This document shows positions 1-15,024 of a DNA stretch of 64,000 nt, piece after piece (position 1 is the first letter of the stretch; each line of letters starts with the position of its first letter). This DNA is from Octopus sinensis (lineage: Eukaryota). The notes beneath the pieces were generated by a model that saw only the letters and a list, made by a program, of their open reading frames with translations, was not told where the DNA came from and ran no database searches. Made by a program: the position numbers and the translations under genes. Where the stretch lies: NCBI RefSeq assembly GCF_006345805.1, contig NC_042999.1, forward strand, positions 96,162,001-96,226,000, in the 5' to 3' direction.

Positions 1-165
1 TATTTCTGCTGGCTTTACATTCTGATTTGAAATGCTGCTGAAGTCAAAGTTGCCTTTCATCCTTTCAGGTTTGATAAAATAAGTATCAGTTGAACACTGG
101 GGTTGATGTTATGAACTATCCCTCTCCCTCAAAATTTCAGGCTTTGAACCTATTGTAGAAAGAAA
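1..165 (+). mobile_element. SINE family 2 (partial)
   Basis: ttgcctttcatcctttcag...gataaaataagtatcagttgaacactggggttgatg, shared with 34238, 35594, 53165 and 22320. Confidence 0.75.
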
Positions 166-344
166 TCATTGTTGTTATTAGTTGTAGTATCATAGAGGGT
201 AGTGGTTTGACAGAATCATTAGTGTCATCAACATCATCATTATAATTACTATTGTATATTTCCCTTCTCAGAGTTCTCGATTTCACTTGCTCCAGCTAAT
301 TCTGTTGTCAAGGGTCTAACAGGGTCTTCTTCCATTATCATTAG

Positions 345-864
345 TATTATTGAGTGAGAGAGCAGTGCATGCCATCGAAGTGGCACTGAAGTAAAATATA
401 TGAAGCCCAGTATACCCATCATGACTGCCTGTCTGATAAAGGTACATCAGGCACATGCATCACAACCATAAGTGCGTGACATGATGATCTCATATCAAGA
501 TAAACAGCACATTAGAATTTTCTTCGGGTCAAGTAGTCCATCCCGCTCAAAAGGTCAGCTAAATAAGAGTTAAGGATGTTGAATGAACCACCCATGTTTC
601 CAGAGGTGAATTATTCAAACCTCTAAAAATTCCTTTCAACACATGGCTACTTCTGCTCATGATCAGAGATGCACATATCGTCAGCCACTAAGGGACATGG
701 TCAACTGGTTATGGTCAAACAACTGACAAGCAAATCTGTGGTATTGAGCAGAATATTTGCTGTAGCCCATCTCTTATACCAAGACAAAACAATGTCCATG
801 ATAACACTTCCAATCAGTTAAGATCAGAAGCCATGAGAGCCACTGTCTGGTACTGCATCAGGGC

Positions 865-865
<1 letters not shown>
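345..865. repeat. Unclassified interspersed repeat
   Basis: Its 790-850 segment recurs inverted at about 22130-22190; flanked by (TTA)n. Confidence 0.55.

Positions 866-866
<1 letters not shown>

Positions 867-910
<44 letters not shown>
867..910. repeat. (TTA)n microsatellite
   Basis: Direct reading. Confidence 0.95.
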
Positions 911-3396
911 AGCATGATAAGCCTTATGGCCATTATTATCATTATTTTTATCATACATATCTTTTATTCTTATAGCAATAATTGCTTTAATCATCATATA
1001 CATCACATTCTTTATTATCATTGTTACTTACTGGCAAGTGTCAAAAAGTAGAGGTAAGTTCTCAGTGAATTGAATCTGGAGTCTGGTTTCAATTCCTGAT
1101 TCGAACCATTTCACTTTACTTATGACACAAATGCCCTTGGAAAGGTATGAATGTCACCACTTTCCATTTCATTTTCCTAAACTGCTCAGGCTTTATCTTC
1201 ATAAAAATATCAGTTATTGTATCATTATTAATTTGTTAATTTAGTTTTCAGCTTCAGGATAACTACAAGTGATATCAGTTTACACTTGATGTTAGTTGTG
1301 AGATAAAATTAATGACAGAATCAGTGATCGATTTAAGGATCGGAATTATTGATAGAGAAGCCAACTAGAATTTCTATCTTGATTATTATTATTTTTTTAA
1401 TTTATGATTTAAATTGCTCAATTATGCTGGCTGATATACATTATTTTAGGACCTTTATGCAGGTAGATTGTGTTTGAATATAAATTGCTATGCTAATAAT
1501 TTCTTTACAAATAGCATTGTCTACAGAAATATTTAGCAGCTGTATGATGCCTCCCAGCTTTTAAAGGCTTTTTATTTGGCTGTGTCACCTGGCTTTATCA
1601 GAGTCAGCTAAAACTGAAAATATCAAGATATTTGAAACCAAAATTAATTTTTAAGACTCTAAGCTAAAAAAATATGATTTATCTTATTCTCAAACTGAGG
1701 CAGATGTGGAGTCATGTTTACTTCAGTTTATTGATATAAAGCTGCAGTTAAAAAGAATAGAATATTTTCAGATTGATAATAAAATTATTTATCTGTTCTG
1801 TTTTCTGTTAACTTGAAATTTGGATAAAATTATTTGCTTTTCATTTTATTTCTGTGGAAATGAAAAAAGAACTCAAAATATGTGTTCTGCTTTCTTTGAA
1901 ATTCCTCTAGAAAGAAGACTTCCTGTCAATGTTGTTCTTGTTATCATTAAGCAAAGCATGTTAAATAAGCAATTTATTCAAATTTATTTTCTCATTGCAT
2001 TTTACTTCCAGTGTTATTTATTTTCTTTCTTTTTTTGTTCTTCCTGCTGCTGTTGCAATACTGTTGCTATGACAATGACTTCTGCTTACATACAACAAAT
2101 CTAGCCCACTGCTGCTAGCAGAGTTGAACCTTCAACCTTTAGAAATCTAAAATCACTCAAGGCAGCCATTCCAAATCTTCAATCTCCCTTTGCTTGCACC
2201 CTTTGTTAATATCTTAATATCCACATCCCACTGAATTCAAATCTTTTTCCCAAAATGAAATAGACAAGAATGTTAACTGTAGTTTATGAATAATACATTT
2301 TGATAAAACTAAATTTCATGACAAAATTAATCAAATAAACAAAATATTTGGATTATACTGAGAACGGAATTAAAAACTAAAAGCTGAAAGAATCTTGAAA
2401 AGTATTTCTAACTTGAAAATATGTTTTTATTAGATGTCTTGGTAGGGAGAGCCATATCTGCTACCATTTGTAAGTCTTTTGACTGGCTATTCATGACTTA
2501 TACGAGGACTTTGAAAATCTTATAGAACACCTCAGCAATTTGTTTGACAACCTCGTTAACCCCGTTATTTCACAAATTCCTTTTGATAAGAACCAATAGT
2601 TATTACACTACATAAACGATAAATGTTTCTTCATTATTTTTATTTATAAAATAATTATTTAATTATTATTTAGTCTGTCTTTCTAATTTACATTTTCAAA
2701 AATTGCTGCTGCTCTGTGCTTGCAAACCTCTGTGAATTTATGTCTTCTTGTCTGTTTCCCATGACTAAATGGATATATAAACATGGATTTGATGAATCTC
2801 TAAATTATCTGGCACCAACTGTGTCTTGAATCCTTGCTCTATAGTAGAGTTTTACTAAAATGCATATTTAAAAAATGAGCATTTAAGTGTATATGATGAT
2901 ACATTGATACATGTATATATCTATATGCACATAGATATATATGTATTTTCAAATATCATAATGAACTTATGCATCAGCCATATGTTACCAATTTCAAATA
3001 TTTATAGTTAATGAAGAAATTGTTTTGTAGAAGACTTTATATTTCCTAATAACTTAAACAGTTAAACACTTGAATAAAACATTTTGTTCATTAGATTGTA
3101 ATTTTTCTTAGTTATAATTTGTTTTTATTTCTACTGAAATATTTTCAAGATTCAATATAATGAAACAAAACAATGTTTAATGACTACTAAATTATGTTTT
3201 CCAACATGAAAATTTCGACTGTAATTATATCTTGTCTTACCAGTATAACCCTATTTTATTCCTCTTTTCCCCTTTTACCTCTCTCCTCAACCCTGTCCTT
3301 CTGATATCAAGTGAATTTTCTATCAACAGCAGCAGCTCACCCTGGTGACTGCTCTGCAAGCTATATTGAATTTTAAAGGTGTTCGTTACTTTTCAG

Positions 3397-3494
3397 TCAT
3401 CGAAGGCGGAATAGCACAGGCCGTACCCGAACACCCCAAGAGGGAAAATATTTTCTCTCTCAGCACTGCATTTGGAGATGCTTACCTATTTCAG
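3397..3494 (+). CDS. sif: sif/TIAM exon A (PH domain C-terminal half)
   Basis: Acceptor tttcag|tc atc gaa; donor cag|gtagta; 98 nt (phase 1 to 0); encodes [33 protein letters not shown] second possible acceptor at ttttaaag|3379 is in the same phase, so the 5' boundary is less certain. Confidence 0.9.
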
Positions 3495-5697
3495 GTAGTA
3501 AATATTTCTTTTTGTTTTGAGTTTCTTCTTTTATTCAAATGAAAGTTTGGAGGGAAAAGAAGCTTTCAACTCTTTCAAGTTTCTTGTTCTTTTCCCTTGG
3601 TACTCTACTTATCAATTGTACAGCATTAAATGTAGAGTCTTTTTATCATTGTTTTTCACATTAAATGCTAAATATTTTGAAAATAAGAATTTTCAACCTT
3701 TTGATTTTTCTTATTCTTACAGCTTTGAGTTCCTTGCTTAACTGGCAGTGAAATATTAGAAGTGTATTTTTTTTTACTTTTTTTTCTTAAAGATTTTTCA
3801 ATAATTTGGGTTTTCCTTCTTCCAAATACACAAGATTTGGGCAATGAATTTTTCAGACTTACATTCATCAGTATATATTAAAAGTCATTTCCAAAATTAT
3901 ATCCTCTATATAGTGAACACACTTTTTGGTTATCTACTACAACTGTTGAAGAAGTGTGAAAGTGAGATTAACTGCTGGGTGCCTATAGTAATTTTCTAAA
4001 TGATTTGAGTTGGTATTTCAGTTACATTGAAACAAAAATTATTAGTGAATTTCAAGCACTGTTCAATTTCAGAAATATAAGTTTGAGGACGAGTTCTCCC
4101 TCATCTCTTTTTGCCTGTTTTTGACATTTTAATATATTGAGGAATGAAATCTGAAAAACTTCATATTGAGGTGGTATGTGTAAAAGAAAAAAATAAAATA
4201 TTTAAGTAAAATATCTAAAATCAAATCAAAATAAAACTGAAAAGAAACCAAGAACTGAGGCAACTTTACAACTTGACAGTGATGAGGATGTGGATGATGA
4301 TTGACACTGCTATTAGGTAAACTTTCTATTATCTGCTTTGTTTTAATCCTTGTATCATGTAGCACCCATATGTGTCAGAGGTGTGCCAGTTGCAAGTAAG
4401 AGAAGAAAGTCAACATTGTTCACAAAACACTTGTCTTTACTCCACTTCAGAAATAAAATCATGGATGGGATTAAGTAGCAGATTAAGTAAAAGAGAAAGA
4501 TTAACTGACTTCAGTTTAATGTCAAGCATAAAAATCTTCAGTTTGACCCTTTAAGTTAATGAAATTATCTTAAGGACCTGACATTATGAAATGACATCTC
4601 TGTGATAAGGTTTTGTTTCTGGATACCAAGTTTTATGCAACTAAAAACTAGTTAGTTGTAATTACTAAGAGTGCAAGAAGCCAGTAAATTGAACAACATG
4701 TTGTCATAGACACACACTCACGTTTGTGTGTATGTGTGTGCATGCATGCATGTGTTGAATGTATGTATATTCAATAACAATTTACCAGCACTCACTTCTG
4801 TGCATATATTAAAGAAAAATAAATACCTGGCAAGATCTTCACACTTACAACACAAAATTGACTCTCTTTCTATCACTTATAATATATATCAAATATTGTC
4901 TGTGCATGTGTAATTTTACATGCCATTACTTGATACTTTATGCTGAGTGTGTTAATGTTCATAAAGAAGCTTACTACATACATTTTTACTAAAGTAGCCT
5001 TATGGTTTAGATAAATGCCTTAGAGACATTGAGGGACATTTAATCACACTATTATGATTGTAATTAATATAAATGAAGGTGACTAAGTACATTAATGCCT
5101 TCCTTATAATCATCTAGATCCTGCAACTCAAATGTACAGAGCCAATCTCTTCCATGACAATGTGGATTTCTACATCTTGTAATTTGAGCAATATTGGCTT
5201 CTTTTCTTTGTGCACACATCTGACACATGGACTAGAGCATGGGCTAGAGTTGGCAGAGATAGAGAGAAACTGGGTAGATGTTTGTTGCATCTCCTGATGG
5301 AAAGAAGCATGAGAAAATCAAACAAAAATGATTTATTATGAAAGACATAATGCAGCCTTACATGTGTGCTTGAATAAAGCAAGAAGTGAGAAACTTAATA
5401 CATTCATTGGTTTACATGAAATTCCATGAAGGAATTGGTCTTGACCAAAGGTACCTGCAACATTTGACTTCAGAATTCTGGATAATCTGTTAAGTTTTGA
5501 GAATAGTTTGGGTGAAAGTTATTGAATATGTTCTTTAAATCTTGAGAGCAGTAAAAATAGATATCTCATTAACTGAAACAAAGTTATAATGAACAAATGT
5601 TTCAATTTCATTTTGATTTCAATATACTTGAGCATTTGCAGACTATTCATTACATTGTGGAAAGCTAATGCTGTTATTTTTGCTTTTAGTCTCCCCC

Positions 5698-5751
<54 letters not shown>

Positions 5752-8700
5752 TCTCTCTCCCTCCCCTCATACAATAAGTGCAAGAAGGTTTTTCTTGTCT
5801 TATACCAAAGTATCTTATAAATTTATTTACCATGCCTGCCATGAAAACTAACAGTATGTTGTTAGGGCTTAAGGAAATATTAAGATCACTGCTTTGATTT
5901 GAAACTTACATCACACAATTTTGCAAAAATAGATCTTATCTTCTAATAATTAACAGTTGTTTAAGTGTGTGTATGTGTGCACACATGTAGAGACTTTTGG
6001 TGTGATACGAAATCTAAAAGTATTGAGTTCAAGCGCAGTTTGGTTGCAGAAAAAAACATGTGAAATCTCTTTCTCCCACACTCTATGTCTCTCAATGGAA
6101 ATTACTCTAAACTGAAGTCATAATTGCAGTTCACATAAACTTTAAAAGCATTTAATCTTGTCCTGCTCTGCCTGCCTATGTTTGGAATTTCATTTAATCC
6201 ACCTCCTTACCACTCTCATTGAACCTGATTGGTATATTGTACATATGTAAAAAGGCTGCTTATCTGGGTACCCACATCCCTTCACTTCACTTGTTTTCCT
6301 CCTCAAATTCACTTAAACTGACTTTGTTTGAAAAACAATCTCTGAGAAACTGGTAAATGACTTTGTTTTCTTACTAAGTTTTATCAATACTGGGTAGAAC
6401 AAAGCATTACTTTATATAAGTCATCTGTTTTGCAACTATGATGGTAATTTCTGATATAATATATTCTTTTTATTAACTTTGGTTTGGAAATTTTCATAAG
6501 AAACAAAAACCTTTCAAAGAAATAACAATCATAGTGAATCTGAAATATCTAATAGAAACTAGGCAGCATCCTAGTCAATTGACATGAAGGGAAGATGTTA
6601 CATAAATTTCATTACATACTTTTAACTGCTACATATTTATAAACTGTTATTTCACTATCTCTAAAACTAATCAAACTAGATATTTTACCTAAGTAGGAAA
6701 CATAAGAATTGTCATGTGTTGGAGAAAAAGTTTTCTGCTGCAACTTTCATGTCATCAACTATATGTGTGGCTGAATATCCATATTTTAATAGGTGTGCTG
6801 TGAGAAAGAGAGAGGCTAGTAGTTCATGTGGAAGATCCCACTTAAAGCTTTGTCTCTAATTCATTTTACAACATACATCTTTTTTTAAAGAAATTATTTG
6901 GTCTAGGACAGTACTTTTATCTTACTTTCTTGACAGCTTTTGACGTGACCACTTTTTCTTTTTATTACCATCCTTCATATTACAACAATATGTTTTCCTT
7001 AGATCTACATTTCCCACTATTGATATTTCTGTCAATATATTTTGTACACAATAGATATTTAAAAAAAAAAAGAAGCTACCTATTACCTAATGCTAGTTTT
7101 TAAAAATAGGTAACTATGGACAGAATCTTCCTTCAAATATGAATATCTATCCAAACATTTAGTCAATGATATGACAGTTACAGAAAGAAATTTTCTTTCC
7201 ACTCGTGAAAACTAGAAATAGAAATGATAAGATGATAATAGTGACTGAAACATTTAATTCAAAAAGTAGTATCAATAAACTTGGCTATTTTTGCAACATG
7301 CTACTGAAGTAATTTTAGATTTCCCATACACTGCTAACTTTCTTGTACCATAATGTAATAATCGTCTTAAGTAAAAGAAAATGAATTTAGGTTAATCCAG
7401 CTAGTCTATTTTCTGGATCAGCTGCTTTGGGCTTGTGTTTGAGCAGCTTAGAAAATAAGCTATAATAATTTCTGAAGTGAACTTTCTGTTAGTGATATTT
7501 TAATGTGAATTAGAGAGAGGGATTTTACATAGATTGAATGATTGACTAACATGAGATGCCTGCTAATTACATTACTAATGACCTGAAAATATATTTAGGA
7601 AGGCAAATAAACCATGTATCTTATAACCATAGATGAAATGAAACTTAGCAAACTTCAAACAATCTTTAGCTAGAGATAAAAAGTAAAAGCAAATAAAGAG
7701 AAGATATGAAATATAAACTGAAAATAGAAGTTATTTAAAAATTTTACAATTAATAATTTCTTTATACTAAACAGTGGATGTTGTACAATAAGGGAGAATA
7801 TTCAAAATCAAAAAGGTTACTCTTAAAGGTTAAAACTAAAAAACATATTTAGACTAAGAATAAGATTTTTTGAAGCAGACTCAATTGTGAACCATTTCAA
7901 AACCATTTTCCTATCACAATTACCAAATATTTAAATCTTATACCATTGTATCATTCAGATAGCACACAGAATCTGCATTGTCTTCTACTAGCCCTCTCTG
8001 TTTGATGCTGTTCTTTTAAATCCTTTCTTGTATTGTGTTGTCTGGAAAGTTCGTGCCGATTTTTAAAGGAAAGCAAAAGGTCAATAAATACTTGCCATTA
8101 CATTTTTAATCAGCCAAATATGAACCATTTTTTGCCCAATGCATCTCCATCTTTCCTTTAACTTGAAAATACCCTCTTGATACCATCAAGGTATCTTTTT
8201 ATGTCATCCAAGGAATTGAAATTTTTACCATTAAGACTATTCTATAGAGACCTGAATAAGTGGAAATCCAAAGGAGCAATATCTGGTGAATATGGAGGAT
8301 GGGGTAACACATCCCAGCCGAGCTGCAGCAATTTTTGTCTGGTTCCCAAAGAAACGTGCAGTCTTGCATTATCATGTTGGAAAACAACACCCTTCCTGTT
8401 GGCCAATTCTGAATGTTTCTCTTGAATTGCTGCTTTTAACTCGTTGTGTGCAGTATTTCTCAGAATTAATTGTCTGGTTACTTGGAAGAAGCTCATACTA
8501 CAGAATTCCTTTCCAATCCCACCAGATACAAAGCAAGACTTTTTTAGGGTGAAAACCCGCTTTTGGGGTGGCTACGGGTAGCTCATGTAGCTTACTCCAG
8601 GATTGCTTTCTCCGAACATTTTAGTAGATAATCCATTTCTCATCTCCTGTCACAATCTGCTTGAAAAAAGGTGCATTTTCATTCCATTTATAAAGTGAAT

Positions 8701-11700
8701 CACAGATGGAAATATGATGCTAAAGGTTCTTCTCACTCAACTCATGTGGTAACCAAACATTGTAGCAATTTTTGTACCCATGCTTTACCAGGTGCTCATG
8801 AACAACGGATTTTGATAGGTTGAGGCTTTCTGCCAATTCTCAGGTTGTGAAATCTGGGTTATTCTCGACTTGATTTGGTCATCATCTGCAGTGGATGGTC
8901 TGCCTGATCGCTCTTTATCAATAAAGCTACAATCTCCAGCTCAGAACCTTGCGAACCTCTTCTGTACAGTTCTTTTGGATAAAGAAACATCACCGTAAAC
9001 TGCGCATATTTCTTTGGTTGCTTGTGAGGCATTTTTTCCTTTACGAAAAAAGAAAAGCATCTAGTGCCGAAAATAAAAACTTTATCTTCCATTTTAAAGG
9101 GTTACAGAATTAACACAGGTTATAGGAACAAAAACCTTCTTCCTCGAAAAGATAGCTTAAACTGTGCTCTAAATGGAGGTGCAGTCAAATCCTATTTTAT
9201 GTTCTAAAATAAGTCGAAAGGCAAGCTACTATAAATCAGCATGAACTTTCCGGACAACCCAATATAATATAGAAATGCATAAGAAAAAACTAAAATAACT
9301 ATTTGATATTCCGGGAGGTAATACTTTTGAAACTTCCAGCTTCTTCCTTATTTTTTTAGATTTTATTTTGTTAAATATAAATATTTTGCCCCTCATATTA
9401 AATTGTGTAGAAATCATTAAAAGTTATATGTTTTACTGTTTGTGCTTAATTATTGCTTATCTTCTACTTGATATAACTTTATAATAAACGTTGATTCATA
9501 AAATAACAGCATGATGATAGTATTATCAGTTATAACTTTTATCCCAGTACATTTAATTGAAATAGTATGATAAAAAAATTAAATGAAATTAACTTTCTGC
9601 TATCGTATAAATGTTAGGCTTAATTACATATATACAAGTGTTTCAAAACTGGTATTTGCTTTTCTTCAGATATATGTTAACTTCATTTTCGTGTAAGAGT
9701 TGAGCCTTCTCAACTACATCATCACTATCACCAACAAAATTTTTATATTTGATTTCCATGATAGCATGGCTTGACCTGGTCATTACAATCTGAGTCAGTT
9801 CTTATTCAGTGTACTCCCCACCCCACCCCCACAAATTGATTGGCAGGCTACAACCCACTGAAACCATTTTATTTTTAACTCTAACTACTTTACAATGTAT
9901 ACTGCGTGCATTGTAATGTGGCACCAGCACTAGTGAAACAATCATATCTTTGGACTGACTAAAGGAGCTTCTCAACTTTGTTTCCACTCAGTTGCTAAAC
10001 GCTTTAAAGCGTGTACTAAGGATGCACTCACACTATTGAGATTTCCTTATGATTTTCAAGACTAAAAAATTCTCACTACTTGTGGTATCACCTTATGCTC
10101 AAGACAAACTAACCAAGAAAGTGAACTGAAGAGGGAATGGGTAATAAAACTATGATAGGGCAGGAAGCAGAATGATTAGTAAGAGTAAGTAATGGAAGAG
10201 GATCAGTGCTAGAGAGAGAATATAAGGGAACAGAGTGATGGCACAGTAGATAAAAAAAGGGTGAATGGGGTGAAGGTGTATGATAGCGCATCAGGGAACA
10301 GCTGGAGTTTTAACAAATGTATATTGTGCAAACAGTCAAAATACATGTGGGTGGCACTGGACAGAGACTCAACAAGGATATGTTGTGTCTCCTTCCCTCT
10401 ATCACTATCATCTCTTTAACATTTGCTATACCTGCTTACATAAGTGGCTGAAGCTTCCCCAGTATACATGTCTCTAACTGTTGTGATCCTTTGTCATCTT
10501 TCTCATGAAGCTCATCATCCTGTAATCAATTTTTTGGCTCTGTATCTTCTTCAGTCTGCCATTTCTTTGGGTTCCATCAACCACTTTGAGTGCCTTGTAC
10601 TTCTTTATACAGCTGTTATCCTCAACATCTATCACATACCCATGTCATCATCGTCTTCTCTCTTGCTTGCTACATTTGATCTCTCAATACCCAGTTTTTC
10701 TCTCAACTCATTTGTGTTAGATTATTCATGCTGTATGCAAATAATACACATATAGCAGAGTATGCTGACTACACTTCTTTCTAGTTTTCACAAATCTTCT
10801 GCATTCACTACTTTTATTTTGCTTTTATACATTATAGTTTATGTGCAATCATCTTACTATCTACTATTCACTCTAAGACAGAGAAACTTATTATTAGAAG
10901 AGGTGGTAGCTCTTTGATCATTTCCATCTTATTCATATACTAGATACTCTGCTTTCAGCGAATTCACTTCCACTGTTAATTATATTAGCCATGTTAGAAA
11001 AAACTATTAGTTGTCTAGCATTTGAGGCAATCTATTTCACATGTACCTTCAGTATTTACTGCACCTTTGCATCTATTGTATGAGGTCTCCCTTCTCTTTC
11101 AGTCTGCCTACAATTACACTGTACCTCTTGTCCATGGTTTACACTGGGTTTATCATATAGAGTTTACAACATCTCTGCATATCAAAAACCATAGCTATTT
11201 CCTTGATGGTGGCAAGGTTTTGTCTGCTTTCTAATTTACTAAAGCTTTAGTCTGCTTTTACATTGAGGCCTCTCAATTTCAGATTTTTCTTTTAGTTGTA
11301 CATTAAACAGTAAGAAAATTATTGTGATAGAGATGTAAAAGACTAAGAATTGTAGCTTACATAGTCTTAACATGACTGGGCCATTCACATTTTAAAATGA
11401 ACATAGCTGTACATACTGAAATATAAAGACAGGTGGAGTGTACTATAAGCCTATTTAACTGTTACAATGTAGACAAGATGCATCTTATTCTTTAGTTTGT
11501 AATTTCAAGTTATTGTTTTGAAAATCAAGACTAGTTATCTAGAAATAAATACATTAAAATTTACATTGTTTCTATTTGAACATTATCGCCAAAATTTTAA
11601 TAACTCTGAAAAAATATTGATCAGAAAACATTTATAGTAAAACATTTGTAACATTTATGCAATTCATATATCACTTACTATTTCCATCTTCGTTCCATGT

Positions 11701-14700
11701 CAATTGTCATAATCACATAACCAAGTTTAATTTGGATTCACTGCAATTTTTATCATAAAACACTCAGGCTGCAATGTTCTTTTGCTATGTCCACTCCAAA
11801 ATCAAACATACATTAACATATATACAGTTAAATGTAATTATTCGATTCTTACAAAACTTATAAAGCTGTATATTTGTTTAGGTGTATGTTTTCACTTAGT
11901 GTACATCTACATACTCACGTGCACATATAGAACTGTGTGTATGTATGTATGTCATCCTATGGATGTGAGTGTGTTTAAACATATGCTTACATTTATCTCA
12001 TTGATTGCTTTGTATTATTTGTGTGTCTTTCTATATGAGAAGCTAAGGGTTTAATAATTATCATTACACTAAATTGCTAATAAATTATAAAATGCTGTTA
12101 AACCCAAACTCATTGTTTTTTACAGAATTATTTGATTCAAACAATATCTATATTACTATTAAAAAAATGATTTATTGTGGGTTATCAGTTTCTTCTGATT
12201 TAGATGAATGTTTTACAACACAGTTCACAACTGAACACATCTGTTTGCTCTTTCTCTATGTACAATTGAGTATATAATCTCTTTTTACTATCTTTTAATT
12301 CTGGGTTATTTTTGATATATACATTGCAAAATTATGATTTTACAATGCTCTTTAGTTTAGTTATTTCTTGGGTCAGTACAAAGCAACACCTTAAGATCAA
12401 TTGAACATGATTACAATTACTTCTATAGTTATCATTTCAAAAATTGCATTCAAGGTGTTATTAAGGTGGAGGGTTATAAAAAAATAGAGCATTAAATAAG
12501 ATAGTTTGTGGCATTTAGTTGCATTCTTTTACACTTTTCAAAGTTGATAAAATAATAGACAGTTATTGGATTGACTAAATCAACTATATTTTATTCTAAA
12601 ATGCATGGCCTTATGTGAGCCAATGTTATAAAATATTATGAAATAAAAACAACAAAATAAAACTAGATACACTAATAAAATTAGATCATAAGAAAAACAA
12701 GAATATGGAAAATTTATATGGAATGTTCCTGTCAATCGAAACAATGAATATCATGTTTATTGTAATGTATAATTAAAATCTTTTAATTTTTATCTTATTG
12801 CATATTATTTTTTTTATATTAACATGACAATTCTAAATATAGTAGACTCTCCTATTTCAGTTGAGTCAAATATCCTTGATGAAAAAAGTTTCATTAACTA
12901 TAAAGTAAAACCAAATTATTATGCTACACCAAACATTGAAGTCCTTAAGCTCCCTAGATATAGCATGACACACACAATTCTGTTTACCTGCTTTGTTTCA
13001 TTCCTATATTGCATGCATATATTCTGTTGTTTTCCACTTTCACAGTTTCTTCTAAGAAATATACTGTTGTGAAAGTCCCCTCTGATATTGCATGTAATAT
13101 TTTCTGCGTGATGTAATTTTTTTTTTCTTTTCTGTTATTACTATTATTATTTCTGTGCAATTTAATGTTTAAATCTTTGCAAAAACTTTTAACAGATGTG
13201 TTTAATAGCATTTCGTTGCTCTCAAAGACTGCTATAACTACTACCACTATACTCACTACAACACCCACAACATATACTAATATTCAATAGAAAATGTAAT
13301 TTCATTTTGTAGTTGAAATAGGTTTTCTAAATTTTTATTTATAGAAATCAATGGACCAATGATCACTAATACATTATTCATTTTCTCTGTTTTGGATTTT
13401 TCTATTCTTTATACCAAAGTAGAATCTGGTATCATTTTGAAAGAAATGGGGCTTGAAAACTGTTGTTTTATTGCATTCCAATTTATATCATGAAAACAGA
13501 AATTCTATACATAAAAATCTCTGTGGAAACTACTTTAAATAGATAATGGCAACACTGCTGTATGAATGGTGTTTAGAGGAGATAGTTAGTCCAGAGTATA
13601 AAGTCTTGTTGTTATATAAATAGGAAAATTACTAGTATCTAAGCAATCTTTTAAGAACTATGTTCTGCTGATCACATAAAATTCCATAAATTATGTTTTC
13701 AAATAAAATCCAACTTGTTTGTAATGTAATATTAGACTGAAATCTGTCCCAACCAACTGAGAAAAGGTTGACTGTATTTCTATAGCTAAAACAGAATATC
13801 TAAGTAAACCAGTAGATAAGACATATTGTAGTTAAGATTTTTATACACACTTACTAGATGTTATATGTGCTGACTAACATACCTTTTAATTTGAGTTCTG
13901 CATTATACAAAATAAAAAACAAAAATTTCAATTCATGAAGAAAATTTCTAGAAATTTTTGCAAAGATTTTAAATCTCATTGAATTAACACTTTTATTCAT
14001 TTTTAAAAGTTTTAAATATTGTAAAATAATTCCATGTTATTACTTAACATCTGATCATATTTACTATTAACTGTTTAAAAGCAGTTTGTTAGTATAATGG
14101 TGACATTAAAATTTAAGTTGGGAAGTATAATTCAAATGATTGCCTGTATATGTGGCCCTTGCAATGAACAATGGAAGAATACAATCAATATCCAATTTTA
14201 CTCTTTTGCTGTTGATCATAAAGGCCATAAATCTGGTAATCATTTTTCTTACTTAAATTCACTATGATCAAATTTAAAATGATGCTTCTTTTATTCTGTG
14301 TATGTAAATCCACAATTTATTTCTCCCAACATGAAAAGTAATTAGTCTCTTTAAGCTGAGAAAAGATATCTTGTAACTGTTTTACTATTTATGAAAGTAT
14401 TAGATATATCAACAAATACATTGATTTCAGATTATTTTTCATACAAAGTTCAGAGTATTTTATGAAAAGCATATTTAAACATTAAATATTCTCAAATGAT
14501 GGTGATATTAGTTGTCATATCAACTGTGTTCCATCAATCTTTGTATAGCATTTCTCTTTAAAAGAAGCTTATATCACCATCTGATATCTCTCAGCTTCGT
14601 GTTAAACAATATCAGTGACCCACTCAAATGTTAAACTTTCAACTTTAAACTTTTTGTATAGTATTGTTTTACTAATGTTTACAAAGCAAGTATGAGAAAG

Positions 14701-14986
14701 ATTGGAAGAGAAGTAATACATATGATTTAGAATGACAAATTTTTCAACTAAACTGTATGGAACAAATAAATATGAAGAGATTTACAACAAATACAGTTTA
14801 GAAATACAGTTTAGAAAATATGCAATAAAAATGCTTGATCAGTTTTAGTAAAGTTTTGCTTCATTTTATATTTGCATTTACAAACCTAAATATCATTAAC
14901 AGAGCAAACTTCTACACTTCTATTTTCTAATCAGATGCTAACTACTAAGAGACCCAATTTGCACCCAATTTCCAGTATCCATGCAA

Positions 14987-15024
<38 letters not shown>

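Noticed and set aside
2430-2475. Possible small upstream exon with a gtaagt donor
   Set aside because: Translation does not match the expected PH-domain sequence preceding VIEGG
4372-4554. 60-aa ORF with protein-like composition
   Set aside because: No recognisable homology or convincing splice sites
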